Shown: positions 41,118 to 51,549, counted from the first letter of the stretch. The stretch: 64,000 bases of DNA from Candidatus Bathyarchaeota archaeon (GCA_963780185.1 CAWABA010000007.1:160001-224000), one strand, 5' to 3'. Notes: generated by a model not told the origin, from the sequence alone. Numbers and translations are program-made.

Positions 41118-42319
41118 AAAACGATTTAACAGTTATGATGCTTAGCTGGGAGTTCCCGCCACGAGTTATTGGAGGAATTTCACCTCATGTCTTCTTTTTG
41201 TCAAAGAGTTTGGCGAAGCAGGGCGTAAAAGTTTACGTTGTAACATGTGATTTTCCTGATGCACCAACGCATGAAGTGATTAACGGGGTAGAGGTTTACC
41301 GCATTGACTCCTACAAGAACCCAGCGCCTGACTTTGCAACATGGGTTTATCTGATGAATCTTAACATGCAAAAGGAAACAGCAGCGTTGACCAGAAAGAT
41401 CGGGAACAAGATCGATTTGCTGCATTGTCACGATTGGCTAGTAGCTAACGCTGGAATAGGGCTCAAACATGTCTTTCGTAAACCTCTTTTGGTGACTATG
41501 CATTCAACTGAAATAGGCAGAAGAGACGGGTTACATACAGACACCGAGAAAATGATTCATGAAACTGAAGCATGGCTCAGCTATGAAGCGTGGAAGGTTG
41601 TTTGCTGCAGTGACTACATGATTTCACACGTGAAATGGGCTTTCGGATTACCCAATGACAAGTTAGTCATGGTTCCTAACGGAGTCAACACCAAGGATTA
41701 CAACGCTTCTCAAGAAGACTTGACGGATTTCAGGAGCAAATTCGCGCTGCCGGAAGAAAAAATAGTTCTTTTCGTTGGCAGATTGGTATATGAAAAAGGC
41801 ATCCACATATTGATTAACGCTGTCCCCAAAGTTTTGGACAAAGTTAACGCTAAATTCATCATTGTCGGCAGCGGCTATATGAAAGAGCAGCTTCTGAACA
41901 TCGTTCGCAGCATGAAATTGGAGCACAAAGTCCTCTTCGAAGGTTTCCTTGACGAACAGACCCTGCTTAAACTTCAACAATGCGCTGACGTATCCGTTGT
42001 GCCTTCACTGTTTGAGCCGTTTGGAATCGTCGCATTAGAGGCTATGGCAGCAAAAAGCCCCGTTGTCGCGTCTGACACGGGTGGCTTATCCGAAATCATA
42101 GAGCATGACGTAACAGGAGTAAAAGTTTACCCGAACAATCCTGATTCGTTGGCGTGGGGAATAAACAAAGTTCTGCTTGACGACGGCTACCGGTGGCATA
42201 TTAGGGAAAACGCCTACAAAAAAGTATTGGACAGGTATGATTGGGAAAAGATCGCCCAACAAACTAAACGCATTTACGAGGGCGTTTTAGGCGAGTACTC
42301 CAACAGTTTCTGGGCTTAA
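41114..42319 (+). CDS. GT4 glycosyltransferase; 3' end is the integration target
   Basis: SWEFPPRVIGG, HCHDW, HSTE, VGRLVYEKG, EPFGIVALEAMA. Confidence 0.92.
   Translation: MKNDLTVMMLSWEFPPRVIGGISPHVFFLSKSLAKQGVKVYVVTCDFPDAPTHEVINGVEVYRIDSYKNPAPDFATWVYLMNLNMQKETAALTRKIGNKIDLLHCHDWLVANAGIGLKHVFRKPLLVTMHSTEIGRRDGLHTDTEKMIHETEAWLSYEAWKVVCCSDYMISHVKWAFGLPNDKLVMVPNGVNTKDYNASQEDLTDFRSKFALPEEKIVLFVGRLVYEKGIHILINAVPKVLDKVNAKFIIVGSGYMKEQLLNIVRSMKLEHKVLFEGFLDEQTLLKLQQCADVSVVPSLFEPFGIVALEAMAAKSPVVASDTGGLSEIIEHDVTGVKVYPNNPDSLAWGINKVLLDDGYRWHIRENAYKKVLDRYDWEKIAQQTKRIYEGVLGEYSNSFWA
42289..42315 (+). repeat. attL
   Basis: AGGCGAGTACTCCAACAG-t-TTCTGGGC matches 46400-46426 (26/27). Confidence 0.92.
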
Positions 42320-43280
42320 AACACCAGATACTCGCCTGATAGAGCAAATACCCAAAATAGCCAAAGTTCTTGAAAACTTAGAAGGACTTGGCAAAGAAAA
42401 AACTACGAGAAAAACCTACAGGAAACTTCTCTTAAGATTAGCAAGCAAAGTAAACTTAAACGAACCTGAACTTGTCAACCTTGCCATAGCCCGATTCAAG
42501 AAATTTGACCGCAAAACAGGAAGAGACACAAACAAAGAAGTAACCAACGGGTACAAAGACAAACTAATATTTGCCTACAAAACATACGTCGAATATTACA
42601 ACATCCAAAACTGGAAACAGCCATATTATAAAGCAGAAGAAAAAGGCATACAACCACCAAACGACGAAAGAGTAAAATTCTTAATAGCAACAGCCAAAGA
42701 ACCCCTTAACATAAAAATTATGATAATCGGAGAAACAGGGTTAAGACCCAAAGAAGTCACAGGAACAGACGGACTCCAAGTAAACGACATACACAAAGAC
42801 ACAAAAACAATGGTTGCAAGAAGCTTGAAAGGATGCAACCCAAGACCACCAATGCCATTGAGCGATGAACTGTTAACGGCACTCACCAACTACATAACAA
42901 AACACAAGCTAAAAGGCACAGACCAACTGTTCATAGGAGACTCTGAAACGCTATCAAACCACTTTTACGACCACAAAAAACTATTAGCAAAAAGACTAAA
43001 CGACCCAACAATCGAACAAACACGCCTCTACGACATCAGACACTATTACATAACCAAGAAAGTTAGAAAACTACAAAACACCGAAATAGTCAGACAAATA
43101 ACAGGACACAAAAGACTAAACACGCTACAAAGATACATCCATATAGCCATCAACCAAACAGGAGAATGGATTATCGAGCAAACGAATGACCGAGCAAGAG
43201 CTAAAGAACTCGCAACACAGGGATTTGAATATCAACTGACTACACCAGACAATTACATGCAGTTTAGAAAACCAAAATAG
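42291..43280 (+). CDS. int: Tyrosine integrase, C-terminal fragment Int(C)
   Basis: Frame open from 42291 (ASTPTVSGLKTPD...) to 43280 with no ATG before 42720; catalytic ETGLRPKE, SLKG, LYDIRH, TGHK, LQRYIH. Confidence 0.9.
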   Translation, partial: ASTPTVSGLKTPDTRLIEQIPKIAKVLENLEGLGKEKTTRKTYRKLLLRLASKVNLNEPELVNLAIARFKKFDRKTGRDTNKEVTNGYKDKLIFAYKTYVEYYNIQNWKQPYYKAEEKGIQPPNDERVKFLIATAKEPLNIKIMIIGETGLRPKEVTGTDGLQVNDIHKDTKTMVARSLKGCNPRPPMPLSDELLTALTNYITKHKLKGTDQLFIGDSETLSNHFYDHKKLLAKRLNDPTIEQTRLYDIRHYYITKKVRKLQNTEIVRQITGHKRLNTLQRYIHIAINQTGEWIIEQTNDRARAKELATQGFEYQLTTPDNYMQFRKPK

Positions 43281-43404
43281 CCTTATTTTTTTTCCGTTCC
43301 GCTCCGCTTGCGCTCCGCTGCACTCCCCAAAAAATATTCAGCGATTTAAAAGATTATTCAAACATGAAAGCCGACCATCTTCAAAACCGCATGACCTATA
43401 CAGG

Positions 43405-43737
43405 CTAACTATCATCTATGTAACCCTTATCTTCCGAAGACAATTGTTTAGGAACTACAAATCCAGCAGGTGCAACAAAACGTTTACAAATGAACCTTAA
43501 GCGACCCTTTACATCATAGGTGAAACAAGCACCAGCATTCAGTAAATAGTCAAACCTCTTACAATGTAATTTATCATATGGGCAATCAGTATTTGAAAAC
43601 TGACTCTTAACCATAGAGGAATTAGACGAATATTGCTTAACTTCAACAAAATTAGAGTCATCAACAACATTATGTTTTTCGGCAATATTTGAATTAGATT
43701 TAACACGAGAAAGCCGACGTTTACCCATAAACATCAA
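43405..43737 (-). CDS. Element-encoded hypothetical protein (Cys-rich C-terminus)
   Basis: CPYDKLHC...C...C; immediately follows the Rep C-part. Confidence 0.55.
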   Translation of the reverse strand: MMFMGKRRLSRVKSNSNIAEKHNVVDDSNFVEVKQYSSNSSMVKSQFSNTDCPYDKLHCKRFDYLLNAGACFTYDVKGRLRFICKRFVAPAGFVVPKQLSSEDKGYIDDS

Positions 43738-43739
43738 CC

Positions 43740-44045
43740 TTAAACGAACTCATACCGAGAAATATAGGGCTTACGCCTATCACTATCAGCAACAACTTGC
43801 CACACCTCAACACCACCCTCAACCGCAGGCATCCAACTATCTCTGACATAATCAACCGCATACTTAGCCAACGCAAAAACCTTACTACCCAAATATTTAG
43901 CCTCAACTAACTCATGCTGACAAAGCGGACAAAGCATTTTCCGAATCTCATAAGTGACCTTCAATTTCCGATAACTACAATTACCAAACCAAGTAACAAT
44001 CACATGACGATTTCTGACACTATTAACTGATAAAACCTGACTCAT
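43740..44045 (-). CDS. Rep C-terminal part (zinc ribbon)
   Basis: HVIVTWFGNCSYRKLK...CPLC; same frame as the upstream Rep, separated only by TGA-ATG. Confidence 0.6.
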   Translation of the reverse strand: MSQVLSVNSVRNRHVIVTWFGNCSYRKLKVTYEIRKMLCPLCQHELVEAKYLGSKVFALAKYAVDYVRDSWMPAVEGGVEVWQVVADSDRRKPYISRYEFV

Positions 44046-44915
44046 TCAGAAACCCCCCACCTTAACAGCGCAGTGATTTAGCTGATACCAAGCCGTGCCA
44101 AAAACCGTAGCACGTTCAGCCTCACATTTAATAATATAATGATTTTTCGTGTAAGAACCCCTAACTCGCGCCTCGAAACCATCACAACCAGCACAAACAA
44201 ACTCATTACCGTGCTCCTCAATCAAGCGACCACCACGAGAACGAAAACGCCTTAAAGTTTTGGCACAAGACCTACACTTACCATAACCACCAAGAATAAA
44301 TGCTATACTGTGTATATGCGGACTCCAATACCATCCAAACAAAACGCCTTTTTCAATCGACTCTTGATAATTCGCATACCTAAAACCATGAAAAATGAGA
44401 CAACCGCCTACAACACCAACCTCAGACAAAATTCTCTTTACCTTAACTCGAAACTTATCGTTATGAAATTCAGCTAAACCCAAATCCGAATATGGCGGAC
44501 TAACAATAATATGCTGAGGAGCACCAAACCGCTTAGATGCAACCTCTATTCGCTGAGCAATGTGGTCAGCCTCACGCTTAGCATAACCCGAAAAACAGCA
44601 AACAGGACACAGTGGATTATTACATGAACGATGAATCTTACGCACAAAATTCTCGCCAACATGGGAAACACCATCCAAATTAGACTGACTATGAAGCTCA
44701 ACACGATTACAAATCATTAATTTTTGAAAAGCACCACAATAAGAATTAGTTTGAACCCCATGACCAGCTAACCACCAAAAACCATGATGAGCGCTAACAT
44801 CCTCTGGAGCCTCACAATCACCAAAAGACTTAGCATAGTCATAGTAAAGATTTTCAACTTCTTTCTCGGATAATCCCCTAACAGTTGGAAAAACCGAAGC
44901 CAACTTTTCAGACAT
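44046..44915 (-). CDS. rep: HUH rolling-circle replication initiator (IS91/Rep-like)
   Basis: Zn motif HRSCNNPLCPVC, motif I HIIVSPP, GGCLIFHGFR, HUH motif WSPHIH, candidate catalytic Tyr WYQLNH. Confidence 0.75.
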   Translation of the reverse strand: MSEKLASVFPTVRGLSEKEVENLYYDYAKSFGDCEAPEDVSAHHGFWWLAGHGVQTNSYCGAFQKLMICNRVELHSQSNLDGVSHVGENFVRKIHRSCNNPLCPVCCFSGYAKREADHIAQRIEVASKRFGAPQHIIVSPPYSDLGLAEFHNDKFRVKVKRILSEVGVVGGCLIFHGFRYANYQESIEKGVLFGWYWSPHIHSIAFILGGYGKCRSCAKTLRRFRSRGGRLIEEHGNEFVCAGCDGFEARVRGSYTKNHYIIKCEAERATVFGTAWYQLNHCAVKVGGF

Positions 44916-45171
44916 AAAGCTTTCCGTCCTTCTTTAAAATCGCGTAAATACTAACCTTAACGGAAGTAACCCAAGAAGGCAACCAACAACACCTAAGACC
45001 ATCCTGACAACAGACACCAGACGCCAAATTAATGTAAAAATTACGGCACGGCAAACCAAAATAAGGACAGTTTGGAGCGCCACGCAAACGAACACACAAA
45101 TCAAAACACGCTATCATAGAAAGCGAAACTTTTTTTCCAGCAGCGGACAAATCAACCTTTTGAACCAACAC
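44908..45171 (-). CDS. Element-encoded Cys-rich small protein
   Basis: CFDLC...CPYFGLPC...CC...CC; 8-bp overlap with the rep start. Confidence 0.55.
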   Translation of the reverse strand: MLVQKVDLSAAGKKVSLSMIACFDLCVRLRGAPNCPYFGLPCRNFYINLASGVCCQDGLRCCWLPSWVTSVKVSIYAILKKDGKLYV

Positions 45172-45543
45172 ACCACACCTTCAAGCAAACAAGTTGCCGC
45201 TAAAAACTATATGTAAGGAGCTCTCATGAAAAGCGCAAAACCCAAAATCCATTGGTAACAATCAACAACACTTTACATAAAAATTTACCAAATACTATAT
45301 AAAGAAAATAAAAAACTGGTGCTTTCACTTTCAAATCAAAATTAGCATTTTTATCAGCAGTAATTGACAAATTGCCAACGATTAACAACATATTACTTGA
45401 AATCTCATCGAAAAAAAAATAGCGCCAAAAACAAATATACACTAACAACAATTAACGCTATTCAATAAATAACCAACATCATTCAATCAAAAAATCAAAA
45501 TACCGAAGAAACCCCCAAGAAACCACATTTCTTAAACTCCCTG

Positions 45544-45957
45544 TTAAAAGGAGACACAAGAACCAACAGGAGAAGAACCATTTCCCCCAGAAGGTTCTCT
45601 CCCGTAGTTTCTATAGCCCCCTCAAGAACTGGACACATAAAAAAATGCAAGCATTTTTTATGAACCTAAACCCCCACACCAGAGACTCCTTTAAACCTTG
45701 ACTCACTTACCTACTTTCCGTGTTCACCCGAACCCCACACGGCAATTTTTCAGTGAAAAATTGAGTAAAGCATTCCCAGGGGAATATCAATAAGCACATG
45801 GGAACACACAGGCGTCACCTGTGCTTCAGAAAGGCTTAACCCCTTCGGAAAACGAATGTCCCCAAGAAATTGAATTTCTTGGCGTTTTCCCGCCCAGGGG
45901 AAGCCTTTCTTCGTGACATGCAATAGCCAATGCCGTAAATCGGCAATTAGGCTATGC
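45544..45957. other. Hairpin array, candidate single-/double-strand replication origin
   Basis: CATAAAAAAATGC/GCATTTTTTATG, CAATTTTTCA/TGAAAAATTG, CACAGG/CCTGTG, nested AGAAAGGCTT...CCAAGAAATT/AATTTCTTGG...AAGCCTTTCT, ATAGCC.ATGCCG/CGGCA.TT.GGCTAT. Confidence 0.6.
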
Positions 45958-46359
45958 CGTCATTAAAACGCCAGCAACAACTCCACAGAGGAAAGACAGC
46001 CATGCAATAGGAACTTAGCCGACCAACGATTAACAGCGCAGAGCCGAGTCAAATAGAACTTAAGCCAAAAAATAAGCGTACAGCTCACCGCAAACGCAAA
46101 TAGCCCGCCAATCGCACAACGCCAATTTTTCAGCAAAAACAGAAACCAACACAATCTTTACTTTCAAAAAGAAGATTATTCAAAGAAAGATTAACAGAAA
46201 GAAAAAACAGATTAGACCAATAACCTAACAGCAAATTTACTAAGCAGTTAGCAACCTAAAAAACAAACTGTAGAAATGAAGAACACTTTAACCATTAAAC
46301 AATTTAGAAATAACACTTATAACTAGCCACATTCACAAGATACCCACAGATGAAGTAAA

Positions 46360-46437
46360 ATGACAGAAACAGCAACACCCAATAAATTACTAAGGCTTAA
46401 GGCGAGTACTCCAACAGCTTCTGGGCATGAAGCCTAA
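46360..46437 (+). CDS. int: Integrase N-terminal fragment Int(N)
   Basis: MTETATPNKLLRLK-ASTPTASGHEA*; crosses attR in the same frame in which Int(C) leaves attL. Confidence 0.8.
   Translation: MTETATPNKLLRLKASTPTASGHEA
46400..46426 (+). repeat. attR, containing the displaced original GT4 3' end
   Basis: GAG TAC TCC AAC AGC TTC TGG GCA TGA = EYSNSFWA*, the same peptide as at attL. Confidence 0.92.
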
Positions 46438-46440
46438 ACG

Positions 46441-47781
46441 CTACTTGCCTATTACCCTTACGTTTTCAACTTGAATCCACGGAGAAATCAGTTGCCCCAT
46501 CTGCCGCTCGTTGCTGCCGACTAAACTCACGTTTTTGAGCACTTCATAAATGTTGCCTGCCAACATGACGCCTCTGCTGCAGTGGGTTATTTCGCCTTTC
46601 GTAATCTTCCAAGCTGGGGTCGCAACCACTGAGAACTCGCCACTGACTGGGTTACTGCTATGCGCACCCTGCAAGTAGTAGACTATTAGGCCGTCGTCAA
46701 CTTCTCTTAGCATTTCATCTGCTGTTTTGTCTCCTGGCAAAATGTGAAAGTTTGTAGTGTCGATGCTGGGCGTTGACAAATATCCTGCGCGTCCTGCGTT
46801 TCCCGTGCTTTTTTTGCCTTCTTTTTTTGCTGAGTAGCTGTCATATAAGAAGCTGCGCAAAACGCCTTTCTCGATGACTGCTGTTTTCTGGTGAGGCACA
46901 CCCTCGCCGTCGAAGGCCCAAGTGCGAAGACCGCCAGGGAACAAGCCGTCATCGTAAACTGTTAGTTTTTCAGAAGCCACTTTCTCGCCGATTTTCCCCT
47001 TAAAGGCAGACTGATTTCTCTGCACGCTGTCGGCTCTGACTGCGTTAATTAGGGTGTAAGCAAAAAGGTCCTGCAGTGCAAACTGGGTTAGAATTAATGT
47101 GGTGCTTTTGGTTTCAACCGATTTGGTTTTTAATGCTGAAACAGCCAGTTTCGCCGCTTCTTTGCCAACCCAAACTGGGTCAACCTCGTAACTTCTTGAC
47201 GCATTGAATTCGAAGCAAACAGGCGTAACCGAGTTGCCTTCCTTTGCTAAGGTTGCTATGCTGCACTCGACAACTGTGCCTTTGTCAAAACCCGAGATTC
47301 CGTTTGAGTTGGCGACGGCGTTGGAAATGTAAGCGCTGCCGATCCCGCCCTCGATTGGGAACACCCTCTTGTCAACTTGTCCAGCGGCGTCCAGCATGGT
47401 TGCTGCGACTTTTACGAGTTCTTCAGACTCAAGTTCCACGATCCTTTCATCAAACGTTTTTTCGAGTGATGCGTAGGGTTTGTTTTCTGGTAGCCCCTTC
47501 CAGTCTGGGTCAGGCTTGCTTGCTTTCGCCGCGCTCAAAGCCCTAGCGATTACGCCCTCAACTGCTTTTGTGTCGTCGATTACGTTTGTGTAGCCGAAAC
47601 CCATCGCTTTGTCGGCGACTACGCGGATGCCTAAGCCTCGGTCAATTATCCTGTTTGTCTTGCTGATTTGCCCCAGTTCTATGCCGATGTTTGTCGCTTG
47701 CCCCTCGTAAACGTAAGCCTCGGCTTCTGAAGCTCCCTTTTTCAAGGCTAAACTTACCGCGTTTTCAGCCAAATTCACCAT
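46441..47781 (-). CDS. pmbA: TldE/PmbA family protein
   Basis: [33 protein letters not shown]; start moved to MVNLAE. Confidence 0.9.
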   Translation of the reverse strand: MVNLAENAVSLALKKGASEAEAYVYEGQATNIGIELGQISKTNRIIDRGLGIRVVADKAMGFGYTNVIDDTKAVEGVIARALSAAKASKPDPDWKGLPENKPYASLEKTFDERIVELESEELVKVAATMLDAAGQVDKRVFPIEGGIGSAYISNAVANSNGISGFDKGTVVECSIATLAKEGNSVTPVCFEFNASRSYEVDPVWVGKEAAKLAVSALKTKSVETKSTTLILTQFALQDLFAYTLINAVRADSVQRNQSAFKGKIGEKVASEKLTVYDDGLFPGGLRTWAFDGEGVPHQKTAVIEKGVLRSFLYDSYSAKKEGKKSTGNAGRAGYLSTPSIDTTNFHILPGDKTADEMLREVDDGLIVYYLQGAHSSNPVSGEFSVVATPAWKITKGEITHCSRGVMLAGNIYEVLKNVSLVGSNERQMGQLISPWIQVENVRVIGK

Positions 47782-47791
47782 TACGTCTTTT

Positions 47792-49178
47792 TTAAGCACT
47801 GCCACCGACAACAACCTCCTTAATGCTAATGTGGGGTCCTCCGTCACAAATGAAAGCAATCTGACCTTTACCGCATCTGCCTGGATCGATGAGAAAATCT
47901 TTCCCGACGCCATCGACTTTGTTTAATGTTTCAAGCGTGTTTCCGCTTATTGAGGCGTCACGTACTGGCCCGCCTACTTCGCCGTTGACTATTTCGTAGC
48001 CTTCTTGGATTCCGACTTGGAAGGTGCCGTCAAGGTTAGCTTGTCCGCCCCTGAAACTCTTGAAGTAGAAGCCCTGCTTTACGTTTTCGACTAATTCTTC
48101 AAAGGAATGATCTCTGGGCTCCATGTAAGTGCAGCGCATTCGGATGATTGGTTCCACCCGAAAATCTTCGGCTCTCGCGTTGCCTGTGGGTTTAGCGTTA
48201 AATGTTTGGGCGGTTTCACGGTTATGCATTAAGCCTGCGACAACGCCGTTTTTTATAAGCAGTGTTTTCTGGGTTTGAACCCCTTCATCGTCGTATTTGA
48301 AGGCGCCAAAAGAACCTTCTATTGTGCCGTCATCATAGAACGTGACTAGATCAGACCCGATTTTCCTACCTAAGTTGCTTGCTAAGACGCCGCCTGAAAG
48401 AGCCAAGTCAGCTTCAGCCAGGTGACCAAACGCTTCATGAACAAAAACTCCAACAACGTTCGGACCCAAAACAACGGGGAACCTTCCTCCCTTCAAAGAT
48501 TTGGCGGCGAGCTGGTCAATCGCGCGTTTAGCTACTTTTTGGCCTAACTCTTCAGGAGGCTGCTCGTCGAACACTTCGTAGCCTGCAGTGGAGCCTAGCT
48601 TCTTCTCGACTGGAAGTGAAGACGCCCCCTTCTTGGGCTGAACCCGCGATTCTTGCCCAAACATACAACTTGTCCTGCTCAATGCTTGAGCCGTCACTGT
48701 TAACAAAATAGCTGGTGCCCATCAAATCCAAATAATCAATCGTGAAACTCTTTATCCGTTTATCATAGCGCAAGCCCGTCTTGTTTACGGTCATGGCTGT
48801 TTTGATTTTGTCCTCCATTGAAATATCCGCTGGATTCTTCTTCGGCTTAGACCTGACGCGGTCAGTAACCACTGGTGCCTCGGCAATCTTAATCGGCTTC
48901 TTCAGATGCAAGCTCGCCATCTTCGCCATTCTGCAAGCATCAGAAACTGCGCCCTCCAAAATGGCAGGGTCCAAAGAGCCGACGGACGCAAATCCCCACG
49001 CCCCATTCACAAGTACGCGCAGTGCTACTCCGCTTTCAATTCCCTGTTTTGCCGCTTCCACCCGCTCCTCCTTAATAGTTAGCATTGTTTTGTCCAGTTT
49101 CTGTGCGCGGGCTTCGGCGTATTGTGCTCCGAACTTTTGAGTGGCGATGTTGTTGATTTTGGTCAGAAGGTCTTTCAA
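47792..49178 (-). CDS. tldD: TldD family metalloprotease (frameshift near 48600)
   Basis: [15 protein letters not shown]; [38 protein letters not shown]. Confidence 0.88.
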
Positions 49179-49279
49179 AGTTATCTGTCTCTTGCAAATT
49201 GAATATTTAACTAGGAATTCTTCTGTAGGACTTAAACCGTTTTGTCGCCTTATTCCCTCAGCGGAAAGCAGACTGCAGT

Positions 49280-50574
49280 CTACCAGAAATCATTCATGTT
49301 CAACTGCTTAACCGTTGCAACAGGCTGTCTAGGCTTGGCTTTGGGGGCATCGACTCCTAAAACAAGCTGGCCATAGACGCCGTCGAACCCCGGGGTAACC
49401 TTTGCTTCGCCTTTCCTGACTTTGACTATGGCTTGAGCAATAGGCGCATCTACAATGCTGGCTAAAGCTTCCAGCGGCGCATCAATCAGCGTCGTGTACT
49501 CGTCGCCGAATTTTTCAGTAAGCAGGTTATAGTTTTTCCAAACCGCCTGCGTCGAGGGCGAATCGGTGCCGATTACAGCCGCGATTATTTCGGAGAGCGG
49601 AAGCAGACGCATGAAGCCCGGAGCGTTTAGGCGTTTGAAATCGGCTGGTCTATCTGCAAGTTCTTCCACCCGTTGCTCCACGCCTTTTGTGAGTTTTCGT
49701 CGGCATACGGGGCAGACGTTGCCGAACTTCATGGCTTCGGAGGGTGAGAGGGATACTTTGCAGTTGCGGTGTCCAGTCCAATGGTACTTGCCATATGCGG
49801 GGTCAACTTCGATGGTGTATTTGAACCGTGCTGGGTCATTGGTGATTATGGCGTCGGTAACTTGCTGGTAGCTGAATTTTTCAAGTTCAAACACATTGGC
49901 TTCTCTTCCGATGCGCCACGGCCAAAAACTGTGGCAGTCACTGTTCGAAACCAAAGCGTACTTGTCTAAGCCGCTTATGCGCCAATTCATCGGCGGGTCA
50001 CTGCTTAATCCAGTTTCCAACGCGTGTATGTGCCGTGTCATGTCTTGATAGCAGTCTTCAACCGTGTCAAAGCCGCTGAACGCCCCGAAAATACTGAACC
50101 AAGGTGTCCAAGCATGCGCAGGAAAAACCATGTTTTCGGCCTGAAACAGCCATAACTTCCTCAACAAGCTGCGGTGCAGAAACATCTAAGATTGGCCTGC
50201 CGTCTGACGCTAAATCGCCGAAACGTTTTAGGCGGTCATTGATTTGGGTTGCCGTCTCCATGCTCGGCGTTAAGATGACGTGGTGGACCTTTTTGGATTC
50301 GCCTTTGTAGTCGAATATTGTGCAGACTTCGGATGTAAGCATGAAGCGAACAGGCGAATCAACATTGCCGGCTAACTTGAATAGACCCGTGTTCTGGTCT
50401 GGGTGTTAGGGTTTCGTTGATTTCTTTGAGCCACAGCGGATGGGTGAAGTCGCCTGTGCCTACAAGGTTTAAGCCTTTAATTTTCGAGTAACGAGCAATT
50501 TCCGGAATACTCATTTGCTCGCTTGTTGCCCTGCTGTATCGACCATGAATATGCAAGTCAGCTATGACTCTCAA
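49280..50574 (-). CDS. PHP-fold endonuclease Q family (TIGR00375-like), split over three frames
   Basis: ADLHIHGRYSRATS, GTGDFTHPLW, VHHVIL, DGRP, PAHAWTPW, ETGLSSDP, SNSDCHS, GKYH..GHR.C, PGFDGVYG. Confidence 0.85.
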
Positions 50575-50662
50575 TGTTAGCGCCCAATCCCTAACGTGGA
50601 CTATTAAAGATTTTAAGGCTTCGCTAAATCAACGCGAAAACTGAAAGAAATTCAGTGGAGGC

Positions 50663-51243
50663 TCATTGGGGCTTGAGGTTTAGCTGATTAGTCCATGCAA
50701 CCAGCGCTTCAATTAGCTGCTTAATGAGTGTTCGCGTCATCTCATTTGTTAAATGACCCTTAGCATCCACATTCTCAGCGGCTGAAGCCAGCATGACTTC
50801 GGGTTGATTAAACGGATACATATTAAACATAACAAACGACTGGCGAAGATGGTATTGCGCCCTAACTCCACCGAACCTTCCAGTTGACGCACTCATGATA
50901 GCGACTGGTTTGCCAGAGAGCGCGTTTTGCCGAAATGGCCTTGAAGCCCAGTCCAGTGCGTTCTTCAACACGCCAGGGATTGAGTAGTTATATTCTGGAG
51001 TGGCGATGAGGAGTGCGTCGGCATTCCTGATTTTTTCTTTGAACTCCGCGACTTTCGGCGGCGGGTTGTTTTCGTTGTCTTGGTTGAAGGGCGGAATGCC
51101 TTCTAAATCGAAAACCTCGAAAGTGACGTTTTCGGGTGCAACTTCAACTGCCGCGCGGATCAAGGCTTTGTTGTACGAGCCTTTTCTGAGGCTGCCTGCG
51201 AAGGCGAAGTATTTTGAATTGTTTTTGCGTTGAAAATCACCAT
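50663..51243 (-). CDS. NADPH-dependent FMN reductase (N-terminal frameshift)
   Basis: AFAGSLRKGSYN upstream of the ORF; TPEYNYSIPGVLKNALDWASR, GGVRAQYHLR. Confidence 0.88.
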
Positions 51244-51318
51244 GGGATGTTAAGGGAACAAGCCGTTGACGGGATTTAAGGCTTTCCAGTTGGCGCTTTT
51301 TCCCGTTCCTTTTGACCT

Positions 51319-51549
51319 ATTTTTGTGGTGGGTTTTGGTTGTAAATACTAGACCTCCCTCGGTCTGAAACCTCTTCGTCGGGGGCTTCTGCTTGGGGGTT
51401 GGGATGGGTTGCTTTTTGGGTTTTGGCTTAAATCCTTTAAGATTTTGAGCTAAAGAAACAGGGAAAACCATGGTTTCCGCTTGGGGTTTTGTAATATTAC
51501 AAAAGTTTACTGGAAACCCCAACGGAATCAGCAAACAACACCTCGCGCA
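51319..51549 (-). repeat. ~230-bp dispersed intergenic repeat, copy 2 (inverted)
   Basis: Reverse complement of 38311-38531 with a few substitutions and a short insertion. Confidence 0.9.

Larger units (their letters stand above)
42289..46417. mobile_element. Integrated ~4.1-kb rolling-circle plasmid/ssDNA-virus-like element with SSV-type split integrase
   Basis: Bounded by 18-bp perfect direct repeats 4111 bp apart; encodes a tyrosine integrase, a HUH Rep-like protein and small ORFs; hairpin-rich noncoding region; composition differs from the host. Confidence 0.9.

Noticed and set aside
45224-46154. ORFs 45224-45451(-) and 45963-46154(-) as possible virion membrane proteins
   Set aside because: Hydrophobicity is expected from the T/G-rich strand bias and there are no supporting motifs; not excluded, but unsupported
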